IMG/VR virus record: IMGVR_UViG_3300030118_000298
Span: 1-52,968 of that record
Strand: one strand, 5' to 3'
DNA length: 52,968 nucleotides
Source: a virus
Lineage: Duplodnaviria > Caudoviricetes
The notes under the pieces were generated by a model. That model had not been told where the DNA came from, ran no database searches, and saw only the letters and a program-made list of their open reading frames with translations. Position 1 is the first letter of the stretch, and the number at the start of each line of letters is the position of its first letter. The translations under genes were made by a program, and so were the position numbers. Positions 9,688 to 17,313 of this stretch are shown piece by piece.

Positions 9688-10380
9688 TCACTTTCTTGTT
9701 AGTTTGTTGAATGTTACTTGAGCCGTCATACTGTTTAAGTCTACACCAATATCTTCTGCTGTCTTTGGCTTAGGCTTCTCAGTAATTTTCTTGTGACGTT
9801 CCTTGGCATCATCGGGTAGTAAATCCCACAATGGTTGCCATGCTTTCAATGCAGGTGCTAGTGTTGTATAGGTAGTCACAATCCGTTTGACCCCTGCTAT
9901 AAACTCATCTTTCTTAGCTTCTGCATTGAAGATACCTTGGGTATACTTCTTGAATGGTTCATGTAACCATTCGAACTTCTCATTGTGGAAATCAATCTCA
10001 TTCCTTGAGTAGTCCATGTAGTACCCACTATCTCCTGCCTTCTGCCACACATCCTTCGGTGGGAAAGGCAATGGACTTGGTAGCTGTAGCTGTAAGTTTA
10101 CTCGCTTCCATGTCTCCACCTTGGTATGTGCTGTCTGCCATACATCTTCGGGTGCATCCTTGAACCCTGAAAGTGGTAGGCTTTCAATCTTACCAAAGAA
10201 TCCATTGGGCAAAGCATTCATCTTTGCTTGGATATCTGCTGAGAACAAACTGTCATACAGTTTCTTACCCCAGTCTTTTGGGTAGTTCTCTCTTGCTTTT
10301 TTGAGACTGTCATCAAACATTCTCTCTGCATTACGAACAATATCGTCTTGCAGTTGTTGGCTAAATCTTACTGTTGCCAT
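9688..10380 (-). CDS. Nmad5-like protein
   Basis: C-terminal TTLAPALKAWQPLWDLLP resembles the Nmad5 signature; start MATVRF after AAAGGAG. Confidence 0.5.
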   Translation of the reverse strand: MATVRFSQQLQDDIVRNAERMFDDSLKKARENYPKDWGKKLYDSLFSADIQAKMNALPNGFFGKIESLPLSGFKDAPEDVWQTAHTKVETWKRVNLQLQLPSPLPFPPKDVWQKAGDSGYYMDYSRNEIDFHNEKFEWLHEPFKKYTQGIFNAEAKKDEFIAGVKRIVTTYTTLAPALKAWQPLWDLLPDDAKERHKKITEKPKPKTAEDIGVDLNSMTAQVTFNKLTRK

Positions 10381-10553
10381 GTGCTTTCTCCTTTGTTCCA
10401 TTGTTTAATTAAACTACGAGCATGTTCTTCTCCCATAGTACCTAGTTCCTTGCGTATCTTTTCGAACGCTTGTTCGTTGGTCATGCCATAATCGTCTAGG
10501 CATGTGACCAACAATGTTTCTGCTTTCATCAGCAGTTTCTTAACTTCTCCCAT
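10368..10553 (-). CDS. Small hypothetical protein
   Basis: GGAGGTAAC RBS; operon context. Confidence 0.6.
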   Translation of the reverse strand: MGEVKKLLMKAETLLVTCLDDYGMTNEQAFEKIRKELGTMGEEHARSLIKQWNKGESTWQQ

Positions 10554-10737
10554 TGTTACCTCCTTGTGGATAAGCTATTTCTTTATCGGGTATTTCGATG
10601 TACCCTCTTGTTACTTTATGCTTGAAGTAGAGATACCCATTGGCTCTGTGCATAAACATATAGCCGTTGAGTATCTCCTTACTTGCGTATTCAAACACCT
10701 CATCTATGTCGTGTTCAGTTACGAGTTGCCTAGTCAT
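10540..10737 (-). CDS. Small hypothetical protein
   Basis: Start MTRQLV at 10737 after GGAGGG, overlapping the end of the vWA gene. Confidence 0.55.
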   Translation of the reverse strand: MTRQLVTEHDIDEVFEYASKEILNGYMFMHRANGYLYFKHKVTRGYIEIPDKEIAYPQGGNNGRS

Positions 10738-11860
10738 TGACACCCTCCATGTAGACAATCTCACCCCAAGGTGCATCGCCTTTCATGTTGGATACCCATA
10801 GAACTGGATACGCAGGTTCATCACCAAAGTCATCACAACACAAATCTGTGAGTACGACACAAGCAACAGGATCAATGTCATGGTCTTGCATGTATCTGAA
10901 GATAGGACTGAACGCAGTACCTCCACCACCATGTGGTTTGATTACTGGCTCATCATCTTCAAAGCAATCGTAGTGACAGACAACAGAGTCAAAGTAGATG
11001 ACATGTATCTTCTTAGGCGATAAGTCTTGGTAGACTTTGATAATCTCACTCGCAAACTGATTGAGTTCATCCTCACCAATCGAACCCGATGTGTCGATAG
11101 CAAAGCATAGTTCACCTAGTGCTTCACCCGATACGCTCGGTAGATACAGACCTTGTGACAAGAACCTTCTGTTTGGTCTTGCCCAAGTTCTCGTGTCAGT
11201 ACGTTGCTTGATAAGAAACCTCTGCATGACATCTTTCCAATTCACTCGTGGCTTCATCAAGTCACCAACGAATCGTTCAAGTCCTGCCGATAGTTTACCC
11301 ATCATCTTCGCAGACTGTGCCGCTTGAGCAACCTTGACTTTCCACTCTGCTTTCTTCTGCTCAATCTCAGCAGGGGATGAACCCTCTCCTGCATCTTCAA
11401 TGTCATCGTATGGTTTCATTCCGTCACCATACCCACCATCACCATCTTCGGGTATAGGTGGCAACAAGTTGTAGACACCATCGGTAGTACCACCACCTCG
11501 CTTGAGCAAGTCTCTGTCCATGACACCACCTTCGATGAACTTACCAATGCCCTCGTCTTCGAGCATTGGGTTGATGACGGCATCACCTGCATAGTTCCAA
11601 CGCTTTGGGTCACGATCATTCAAACGAAAGATGTGTTCAAACATTGGATGACAAACTTCGTGAGCAACGAGGAACAACAGTTCATCGTCTTTCAATGGCT
11701 CACAAAACTTAGGGTTAAACAACACACGGCTACCATTGGTAGCCGCTGTTGGAACATCCTCTGATAATTCAAAGGGCATGTTCATTGCCAAGTTACCAAA
11801 GAACGGATGCTCAAGTATGAGTGCCGTCTTTGCCTTGGCGATTCTTCTTTCTAAGTCCAT
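10730..11860 (-). CDS. Metallopeptidase (HExxH) plus vWA domain protein (DUF2201-like)
   Basis: TAATNG, AHEVCH zincin motif, WNYAGDAVIN; MIDAS DTSGS, GGGGTAF, VLTD. Confidence 0.85.
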   Translation of the reverse strand: MDLERRIAKAKTALILEHPFFGNLAMNMPFELSEDVPTAATNGSRVLFNPKFCEPLKDDELLFLVAHEVCHPMFEHIFRLNDRDPKRWNYAGDAVINPMLEDEGIGKFIEGGVMDRDLLKRGGGTTDGVYNLLPPIPEDGDGGYGDGMKPYDDIEDAGEGSSPAEIEQKKAEWKVKVAQAAQSAKMMGKLSAGLERFVGDLMKPRVNWKDVMQRFLIKQRTDTRTWARPNRRFLSQGLYLPSVSGEALGELCFAIDTSGSIGEDELNQFASEIIKVYQDLSPKKIHVIYFDSVVCHYDCFEDDEPVIKPHGGGGTAFSPIFRYMQDHDIDPVACVVLTDLCCDDFGDEPAYPVLWVSNMKGDAPWGEIVYMEGVND

Positions 11861-12711
11861 TAGTTACCTCCCATAAATGCACCCATCTTGTCCATAATAG
11901 CCTTCGCTTCCTCAGCCTTAGTACGTCTGAGGTCGGGGTCATTACGCAAACTTTCTGGGTGGTTGTTAGCCAAACTCCCCTCAACTTGTTGTCGCATGGC
12001 TTCCAAGTTTGGGTCGTCAGCAAAGTTCAACCGACTCAATATCGAACAGACTTCCTTAGTATTCTCTACCAAGGTATCTCTGAACACAGACTTTGGGTCG
12101 GCAAGTTTCTCAGCCATGTGTTTCACTCGGTCATACAATCTTTGCCAAGCTTCTTTCATAGCTTGTTGAGCCGCATCTTGTACTCTCGACTCAACGTCTT
12201 GCTGTATTCTCTCCAGTTCTTCATTACCGATACTCACACGGAAGTCATTGGATGGTACTGGAAACACAGCCATGTCCATCTTGAACTTACGTTGGATATC
12301 ATGCAGAGCAGGATAGTCAGCCTTGTTGTACAAACTACCAAGGAATCTCTGTGCATCTGCATGCAGTCTTGGATACTCTTGGTAGAATGTATCAACAAGT
12401 TGTTGCCAGTCAGACTTCTCTTTCCTAAACTCTGTCATAAAGTTTAGGTAGTTAGCTGATGGCAACATCATCGTACCTTCGATACCCCAAGGTAAGGTGT
12501 TCGTATAGAACTTCTTACGGATTAGGGTAGACTTCTTATGAATGTTAGTCAGAGCATCGTCCATTGGTAGCAACGATTTGTTGTACCTACCTGCTGTCAA
12601 TGCACTGGCATTCTGTAAGGCAACCTGTTCGGTTGCCTTCTTGTCATACTTTCTTGCTGTCCATTGAGAAATATTCAACTGGACAAGCAATGCTTTATCG
12701 CTCAACTTCAT
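11860..12711 (-). CDS. Conserved phage protein (DUF3150-like) in the AAA/vWA cluster
   Basis: Start MKLSDKALLVQLNISQW at 12711 with GGAGGTAACT RBS; lies between the AAA and vWA genes. Confidence 0.55.
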   Translation of the reverse strand: MKLSDKALLVQLNISQWTARKYDKKATEQVALQNASALTAGRYNKSLLPMDDALTNIHKKSTLIRKKFYTNTLPWGIEGTMMLPSANYLNFMTEFRKEKSDWQQLVDTFYQEYPRLHADAQRFLGSLYNKADYPALHDIQRKFKMDMAVFPVPSNDFRVSIGNEELERIQQDVESRVQDAAQQAMKEAWQRLYDRVKHMAEKLADPKSVFRDTLVENTKEVCSILSRLNFADDPNLEAMRQQVEGSLANNHPESLRNDPDLRRTKAEEAKAIMDKMGAFMGGN

Positions 12712-12721
12712 AGTTACCTCC

Positions 12722-13714
12722 TTAGAATAGAACGTCTTGATGGTTAATCGCCCACTTCGTGAACGCTTCATGTGATGCAAGGTCGGGGTTCTTACGACTT
12801 GCATACGATACACACAACACCGAGAACTCAGGTGACATACGTTCAGCGAACTTCACGATGTTTCCAAAGTTTTCTGTGGTTGCTCTCTCACCCAATGCAC
12901 CAGTAAGTGCATAGCAAGTAGCAGGGTCATCGGGTACAGCCACAGACATTGGTGACTGAATGATTGTATCGGGGTTAGGTAGCTTCCTCTCAATCTTCAA
13001 GAAGCCAGTAAACTCTGCGGCACAACCTTCGCCAACAGCACCCTTGAATGTTTCAAACTCTGCTTCGGGTGGTACAATACCAATCATGTCAGACACACCT
13101 TCAACCCAAGCACGAGGTGATGGGTTCACATCTCGCTGTGGATCAAAGTCATGCAACAGACCAGTACGAAAACCGATGAACGATATGACAACAGGTTGTA
13201 CGTTGTTGTCGATTGCCCAACCTCGCCAGTCATCTAGGTGTGTCTCAAGTTCATACACAGTCTCACGATTACGCAAGTGAGATAGAACTCTGTTAGCACC
13301 TGCTCTGTCGGCTTGTCTGTTACCAGTGGATACTACCATCCAACCTGCCTTCATCTTCTTGCCATGCAAATCTCTAGCTTGGCAGATGTTAGCTAGTACC
13401 TTCTGCAAGTCTGCATTGGCTTGGTTTCTGTCATCGAAACACAGGATACCTTCATCAGGTATGTCAGTCCTGCCTTCGTATGGAAACCAATCGGGTAGTT
13501 TGTAGTGAAGCATGTCATCACCATTTGGATAGAGGATACCAAAGTCCTCGACCAACATGGTTGGCATATGCTTCTCGATGTACCCAACACCAAGTTCTTT
13601 GGCAACTTGTTGTACGATAGTTGTCTTACCTCCACCGGGGCTACCCTCGATACAGATAGTTCTCTTGACTGGAAACAATCTCTTGATTGTATCTTTCAAT
13701 AATGTTGCTCGCAT
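12722..13714 (-). CDS. MoxR/dynein-related AAA+ ATPase
   Basis: Walker A GSPGGGKT, Walker B ILCFDD, STGNR, arginine finger LRNR, SPRAW. Confidence 0.85.
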   Translation of the reverse strand: MRATLLKDTIKRLFPVKRTICIEGSPGGGKTTIVQQVAKELGVGYIEKHMPTMLVEDFGILYPNGDDMLHYKLPDWFPYEGRTDIPDEGILCFDDRNQANADLQKVLANICQARDLHGKKMKAGWMVVSTGNRQADRAGANRVLSHLRNRETVYELETHLDDWRGWAIDNNVQPVVISFIGFRTGLLHDFDPQRDVNPSPRAWVEGVSDMIGIVPPEAEFETFKGAVGEGCAAEFTGFLKIERKLPNPDTIIQSPMSVAVPDDPATCYALTGALGERATTENFGNIVKFAERMSPEFSVLCVSYASRKNPDLASHEAFTKWAINHQDVLF

Positions 13715-13905
13715 TACGCACCTTCCTTTCTGTTTTTGTTGTACTTGCGATGGTCAAAGCCATAGGATACGACTTGATTGCCGACCCTATTCTTCTTGGC
13801 GACTTGTTTGTCTGAGTAGAAGATGATGTCGCCCTTATCATCTCTTACTGGTACTCCACCTTGATGCTGTCGTAGCATGAAGAGTTTCAACGTAGCTTTA
13901 GTCAT
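13714..13905 (-). CDS. Small hypothetical protein
   Basis: AAGGAG RBS; TAATG coupling to the AAA gene. Confidence 0.55.
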   Translation of the reverse strand: MTKATLKLFMLRQHQGGVPVRDDKGDIIFYSDKQVAKKNRVGNQVVSYGFDHRKYNKNRKEGA

Positions 13906-14108
13906 TGGTTAGTTACTCCTTCCCAAATGTGTTGTAAGGTTAGGCATGAGTTGTATTCAGTCCAAAGACTTTCATCCCATGTCTCACAACCTAACAACAG
14001 GTTGATAATTACAAAGGCAAGAAGGAAACCAACACCTGCCGTAACGACAAGTGCTAGTGTCCATTCCAATACCTTTCGTTTAGTTACAGGGTGTCCGTAA
14101 ATAATCAT
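13902..14108 (-). CDS. Small membrane protein
   Basis: Start MIIYG at 14108; hydrophobic stretch WTLALVVTAGVGFLLAFVIINLLLG. Confidence 0.55.
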   Translation of the reverse strand: MIIYGHPVTKRKVLEWTLALVVTAGVGFLLAFVIINLLLGCETWDESLWTEYNSCLTLQHIWEGVTNQ

Positions 14109-14200
14109 TAGAACAACCCCCATCCAAAGTAGATGTCTAGTATAGAGACAGTAGCTGATGCCAATGCCCCCCATACAATCCACCATGTGATATCATTCAT
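14108..14200 (-). CDS. 30-aa hydrophobic peptide MNDITWWIVWGALASATVSILDIYFGWGLF
   Basis: Hand translated; AAAGGAGG RBS; TAATG coupling to the next gene. Confidence 0.55.
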   Translation of the reverse strand: MNDITWWIVWGALASATVSILDIYFGWGLF

Positions 14201-14405
14201 ACAAACCTCCTTTGTTATTGATACCTTTCAGTTCTTTCTTGTTGGATATCACAACGTAATTAGACTTGTGCATTGGTACGACTGTAAACTTACGCTTACC
14301 TGCCATAACCTCACCACACTTCAAACACGTTCGATAACCTATGTTGTAACGAGCAGGTATAACCTCCTCACTACCACAAACATTGCATAGTTTAGTGTCT
14401 GTCAT
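14193..14405 (-). CDS. C4 zinc-finger protein (DksA/TraR-like finger pattern)
   Basis: CNVCGSEEVIPAR..YRTCLKC; start MTDTK after AGGAG. Confidence 0.55.
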   Translation of the reverse strand: MTDTKLCNVCGSEEVIPARYNIGYRTCLKCGEVMAGKRKFTVVPMHKSNYVVISNKKELKGINNKGGLYE

Positions 14406-14423
14406 TGATACTCCTATAGATAC

Positions 14424-14456
14424 AAAAAAAGAGAGCGTAGTGTTACCTACGCTCTC
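14424..14456 (-). terminator. Intrinsic terminator after gene 14467..14787
   Basis: 10-bp stem GAGAGCGTAG/CTACGCTCTC plus T7 on the - strand. Confidence 0.8.
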
Positions 14457-14466
14457 CAAAGATTGA

Positions 14467-14787
14467 TTACTTAGTCGGCTTGAATACTTCAATTGGACTA
14501 GACTTCTTGGTAGTACCAGTTGATAGTTGTTTGTCCTCCAACATGGCTAAGTAAGGTTTACCTCCAAACCTAGGACTTGCTAACAGCACAGGAACTTCTG
14601 CTTTGCTAGCATCAGGTACAAACAAACTCATCTTGAACCCAGTCTTATCTGCGACTTGTTTCATGAACTTGTACAAAGCACCTGCATTCTCCTTGTTGAA
14701 ATCCCCATTAGGGTTAGGTCGGATGTTAACCTTCTTTGTTTCCTTGTTAGTGAAAACCTCAACATTACCTTCGTATATTTTACCCAT
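14467..14787 (-). CDS. Early protein, paralogue of 15890..16249
   Basis: AAAGGAGG RBS; shared GNV / GxFNxENA / PVLxA / GKPxL motifs. Confidence 0.75.
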   Translation of the reverse strand: MGKIYEGNVEVFTNKETKKVNIRPNPNGDFNKENAGALYKFMKQVADKTGFKMSLFVPDASKAEVPVLLASPRFGGKPYLAMLEDKQLSTGTTKKSSPIEVFKPTK

Positions 14788-14871
14788 GATAATACCTCCT
14801 TTGTTTGAAAATCATTGGTATACCGACATTAGATACCGAGGATATAATACCCTCGCCCTGCCGATTTTTGA

Positions 14872-14900
14872 ACTTTATCAAATCGATTTCGTTTTGTAAA
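14872..14900 (-). promoter_or_regulatory. Sigma70-like early promoter
   Basis: TTTACA-17nt-TAAAGT; same architecture as 16324-16352. Confidence 0.6.
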
Positions 14901-14970
14901 GTTTGGGTGGGTTTTTAAAATTAGAAAACTAGGTAACTTGATACAAGTTTATACCTGTAACGTTAGGTGT

Positions 14971-15273
14971 TAGATAAAGTTTTTAACTAGTATAAATCCC
15001 TGTATAAACAACGGGTTGATACTTGGCTATCTAAATTATATAGGCAGTTACAAGTAATGTTATGTTACTCTCGCTATCGTTATATCCTTGGGAATATCTT
15101 GCAGACAAAGGGTATATACAAATTCTATAGATAATTTAGATAAACTAGATAGTATTTCGCTTGTGATACGACTAAATACCAGTGATATCAACGCATTATG
15201 GATGTCGTGTTGTAAACTTTTGGTATCTAAAACACAAGATGTTGTGTCAAGTTAGCAACTAGATAGCTAGATA
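14971..15273. repeat. Cluster of 8 TAGATA/TATCTA hexamers in a non-coding AT-rich region
   Basis: Copies at 14971, 15028(rc), 15128, 15137, 15146, 15224(rc), 15260, 15268. Confidence 0.6.
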
Positions 15274-15358
15274 GTGTATAAACTTGACATGAAACTGTAA
15301 CCTTATACCAGTTGATACCCGTGCGATAACCCCCCGAGCTATGGGATATATATAATAA

Positions 15359-15396
15359 CAAAAAAATAAATAAAAAAAGAAAGGGGCCGAAGCCCC
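15359..15396 (-). terminator. Intrinsic terminator with cUUCGg loop
   Basis: GGGGC-TTCG-GCCCC followed by a long T tract on the - strand. Confidence 0.85.
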
Positions 15397-15401
15397 AATC
15401 T

Positions 15402-15602
15402 CTAGTCTGGTCTGTGTCCGAGTGATATACATACATATCCAAGTATCAATCCACATACTGATCCGAACATAATGATGGTCATTGCTAGTATACTATTAGC
15501 ATTTTCCATACAGTCTCCATCGCAATCACCAGCAGCGCCGCTTGCTGATATCAATGCTAGTACGATTAGTGTGTAACCGAACCATCTCATAAATGTTTTC
15601 AT
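15402..15602 (-). CDS. Small two-TM membrane protein with CDGDC loop
   Basis: GGAG RBS; two hydrophobic segments. Confidence 0.6.
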   Translation of the reverse strand: MKTFMRWFGYTLIVLALISASGAAGDCDGDCMENANSILAMTIIMFGSVCGLILGYVCISLGHRPD

Positions 15603-15619
15603 AACATCTCCATAGTTGT

Positions 15620-15639
15620 GAGGGAGCCGAAGCTCCCTC
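15620..15639 (-). promoter_or_regulatory. cUUCGg hairpin directly upstream of an RBS (no U tract)
   Basis: GAGGGAGC-TTCG-GCTCCCTC then ACAACTATGGAG..ATG. Confidence 0.65.
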
Positions 15640-15647
15640 GGTTGTTG

Positions 15648-15839
15648 TTATTTGACACAGTGTATCTGTATCTGATTTGCATAACAGACATTCTTGTCTA
15701 TTAAGTGTTTCCAAGCCCAATTCTCAGCTGCTTTGTGAGTTTTGAACCATCTGAAGTAATATGAATAATCTTCAATCCATGTTAACTTCACTGTGCGTAC
15801 GTTTTCGCGTACTGTCTTCGCGCCATGTGTTCTAGGCAT
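15648..15839 (-). CDS. Small early hypothetical protein
   Basis: Start MPRTHG at 15839 after GGAG. Confidence 0.55.
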   Translation of the reverse strand: MPRTHGAKTVRENVRTVKLTWIEDYSYYFRWFKTHKAAENWAWKHLIDKNVCYANQIQIHCVK

Positions 15840-15858
15840 ATTACACTCCGTTAGTTGT

Positions 15859-15880
15859 GAGTGGGGCCGAAGCCCCACTC
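15859..15880 (-). promoter_or_regulatory. cUUCGg hairpin directly upstream of an RBS (no U tract)
   Basis: GAGTGGGGC-TTCG-GCCCCACTC then ACAACTAACGGAG..ATG. Confidence 0.65.
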
Positions 15881-15889
15881 GGGTTGATG

Positions 15890-16249
15890 TTAGACAATCC
15901 AGTCAAACTGTTCTGTCTTTGGCCTTGGAGCCTTGAACTTCTTTGGTGAAAGAAGCCTCAAAGTTGGCTTGCCGTAGTTGTCAGCCTGCAAGACTGGTTC
16001 TACTTTGCCGTCAGCAACCAACTTGGCGTCAGATTGCTTGATAGCTCGCTCCTCAGCTGGGTAATAAAACGACCAGCTGAACAATGGACGCTTCTGCTTC
16101 TTAGAAGCCTCCAAAGCTATTTTGAAAATGTCCATCGCATTTTCAGCGTTGAACGGCCCGTCCGACAATCTCTTAAGGCGGATTGTCACGTTGCCATCAT
16201 CACCCTTGACAGGCTTGATACCAACATTACCTCTAAAGAGTTTACTCAT
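15890..16249 (-). CDS. First early protein, paralogue of 14467..14787
   Basis: Start MSKLFRGNV at 16249 after GGAGGTG. Confidence 0.75.
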   Translation of the reverse strand: MSKLFRGNVGIKPVKGDDGNVTIRLKRLSDGPFNAENAMDIFKIALEASKKQKRPLFSWSFYYPAEERAIKQSDAKLVADGKVEPVLQADNYGKPTLRLLSPKKFKAPRPKTEQFDWIV

Positions 16250-16323
16250 GTAAACACCTCCGTAATGTGTGCATTGACTAGATGCACGGGTTATGTCAAT
16301 CGGTCTGTGTTGCCGATGATTTA

Positions 16324-16352
16324 AAGCTATCAAAACAATACATGTTTGTCAA
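16324..16352 (-). promoter_or_regulatory. Sigma70-like early promoter
   Basis: TTGACA-17nt-TAGCTT. Confidence 0.7.
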
Positions 16353-16516
16353 GTTTGAGGCTATACAAGGGTTTCAGAGCCTATATTTTTATAGTCTGTA
16401 AATGTTTCGCAAATAGTCAAAAGGGGGGGCACATGGATTTGTTGCGCGAGCCTACCCCCCATATAAGTAAACCTCTCATAACAAGACCCAAAAAATCGAA
16501 GTGTAAAGTTTACTGC

Positions 16517-16544
16517 TTGACATAGTTCCGGTTTACGGTATGCT
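16517..16544 (+). promoter_or_regulatory. Sigma70-like promoter for terS (probably a leaderless mRNA)
   Basis: TTGACA-16nt-TATGCT, 6 nt before ATG 16551. Confidence 0.55.
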
Positions 16545-16550
16545 CTACTT

Positions 16551-17027
16551 ATGGATACGCTACCATTGAAACATACTAAGTGGTCTGACCGTTTAGCTTT
16601 TGATGTTGCTCTTATGTTAGAGGGCAGCGGAGAGTCTTTGGATGAAGTAATCGAAAGACATAAAATCAAAGCTGAGGATATAATCACTTACAATAAAGAT
16701 CAGGTCTTTTTGAAGAAGGTCGAGTCTTACAGGAATGAAATCCGCGATAAAGGAATGACGTTCAAAGTTAAGGCCCGTGCACAGGCAGAAGAACTCCTGA
16801 CAACTTCTTGGACTTTGATACATAGTCCTGATGTGTCGGCTGCAGTAAAAGCAGACCTCATCAAGTCTACTGTTAAGTGGGGCGGGCTAGAACCAAAGAA
16901 TGATGTTCTGGCAGAAGGAGGATCAGGTGGAGTTAAAATTACAATTAACCTCGGAGATCAAGAACACCGAGCAACTATCATTGATGCAGAGCCAGATGAC
17001 GAACCAGTTGCCATCGGAACTTCTTGA
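16551..17027 (+). CDS. terS: Terminase small subunit (putative)
   Basis: First gene of the late arm, upstream of TerL; helical N-terminus, C-terminal VKITINL beta segment. Confidence 0.65.
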   Translation: MDTLPLKHTKWSDRLAFDVALMLEGSGESLDEVIERHKIKAEDIITYNKDQVFLKKVESYRNEIRDKGMTFKVKARAQAEELLTTSWTLIHSPDVSAAVKADLIKSTVKWGGLEPKNDVLAEGGSGGVKITINLGDQEHRATIIDAEPDDEPVAIGTS

Positions 17028-17313
17028 GAAGTTTAATACAGTCTACGAAGGTACAAAGGCTTGTAAGCTAACTAGTATGTTAGACCATGATACATTAGTA
17101 GCACACTTAAATAATTTAGGTGTACCTTATAAAACAAAAATTTTACGAAAACCATCCACAGTGTATTATGTATTACTTGTGGAAAACCTGTGTATAGATC
17201 ACGGAAACTGTGACAGATGCGGGGACAAGCTTGTGGACATCTCGTGGTGCAAACATTGTGGAGATATGGGTTGGTTTGAAGAATGGACTACAATGCAGGG
17301 ATATTGGGGTTAG
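16996..17313 (+). CDS. Hypothetical protein with C-terminal CxxC-CxxC finger
   Basis: CDRCG..WCKHCG; start uncertain (MTNQLP at 16996 assumed). Confidence 0.5.
   Translation: MTNQLPSELLEKFNTVYEGTKACKLTSMLDHDTLVAHLNNLGVPYKTKILRKPSTVYYVLLVENLCIDHGNCDRCGDKLVDISWCKHCGDMGWFEEWTTMQGYWG

Noticed and set aside
12712-12813. N-terminal extension of the 317-aa ORF (similar over-extended starts at 5089, 8183, 14492, 16333, 24306)
   Set aside because: Extensions overlap upstream genes or regulatory elements; downstream ATGs fit the RBS or gene packing better
15227-15456. ORFs 15227..15442 and 15259..15456
   Set aside because: They run through a terminator and poly-T tract; no RBS
15383-15880. Hairpin repeats as a CRISPR array or N4-type hairpin promoters
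   Set aside because: Spacing is 200+ bp with genes between, stems differ, the loop is cUUCGg on the coding strand, and no virion RNAP motif was seen
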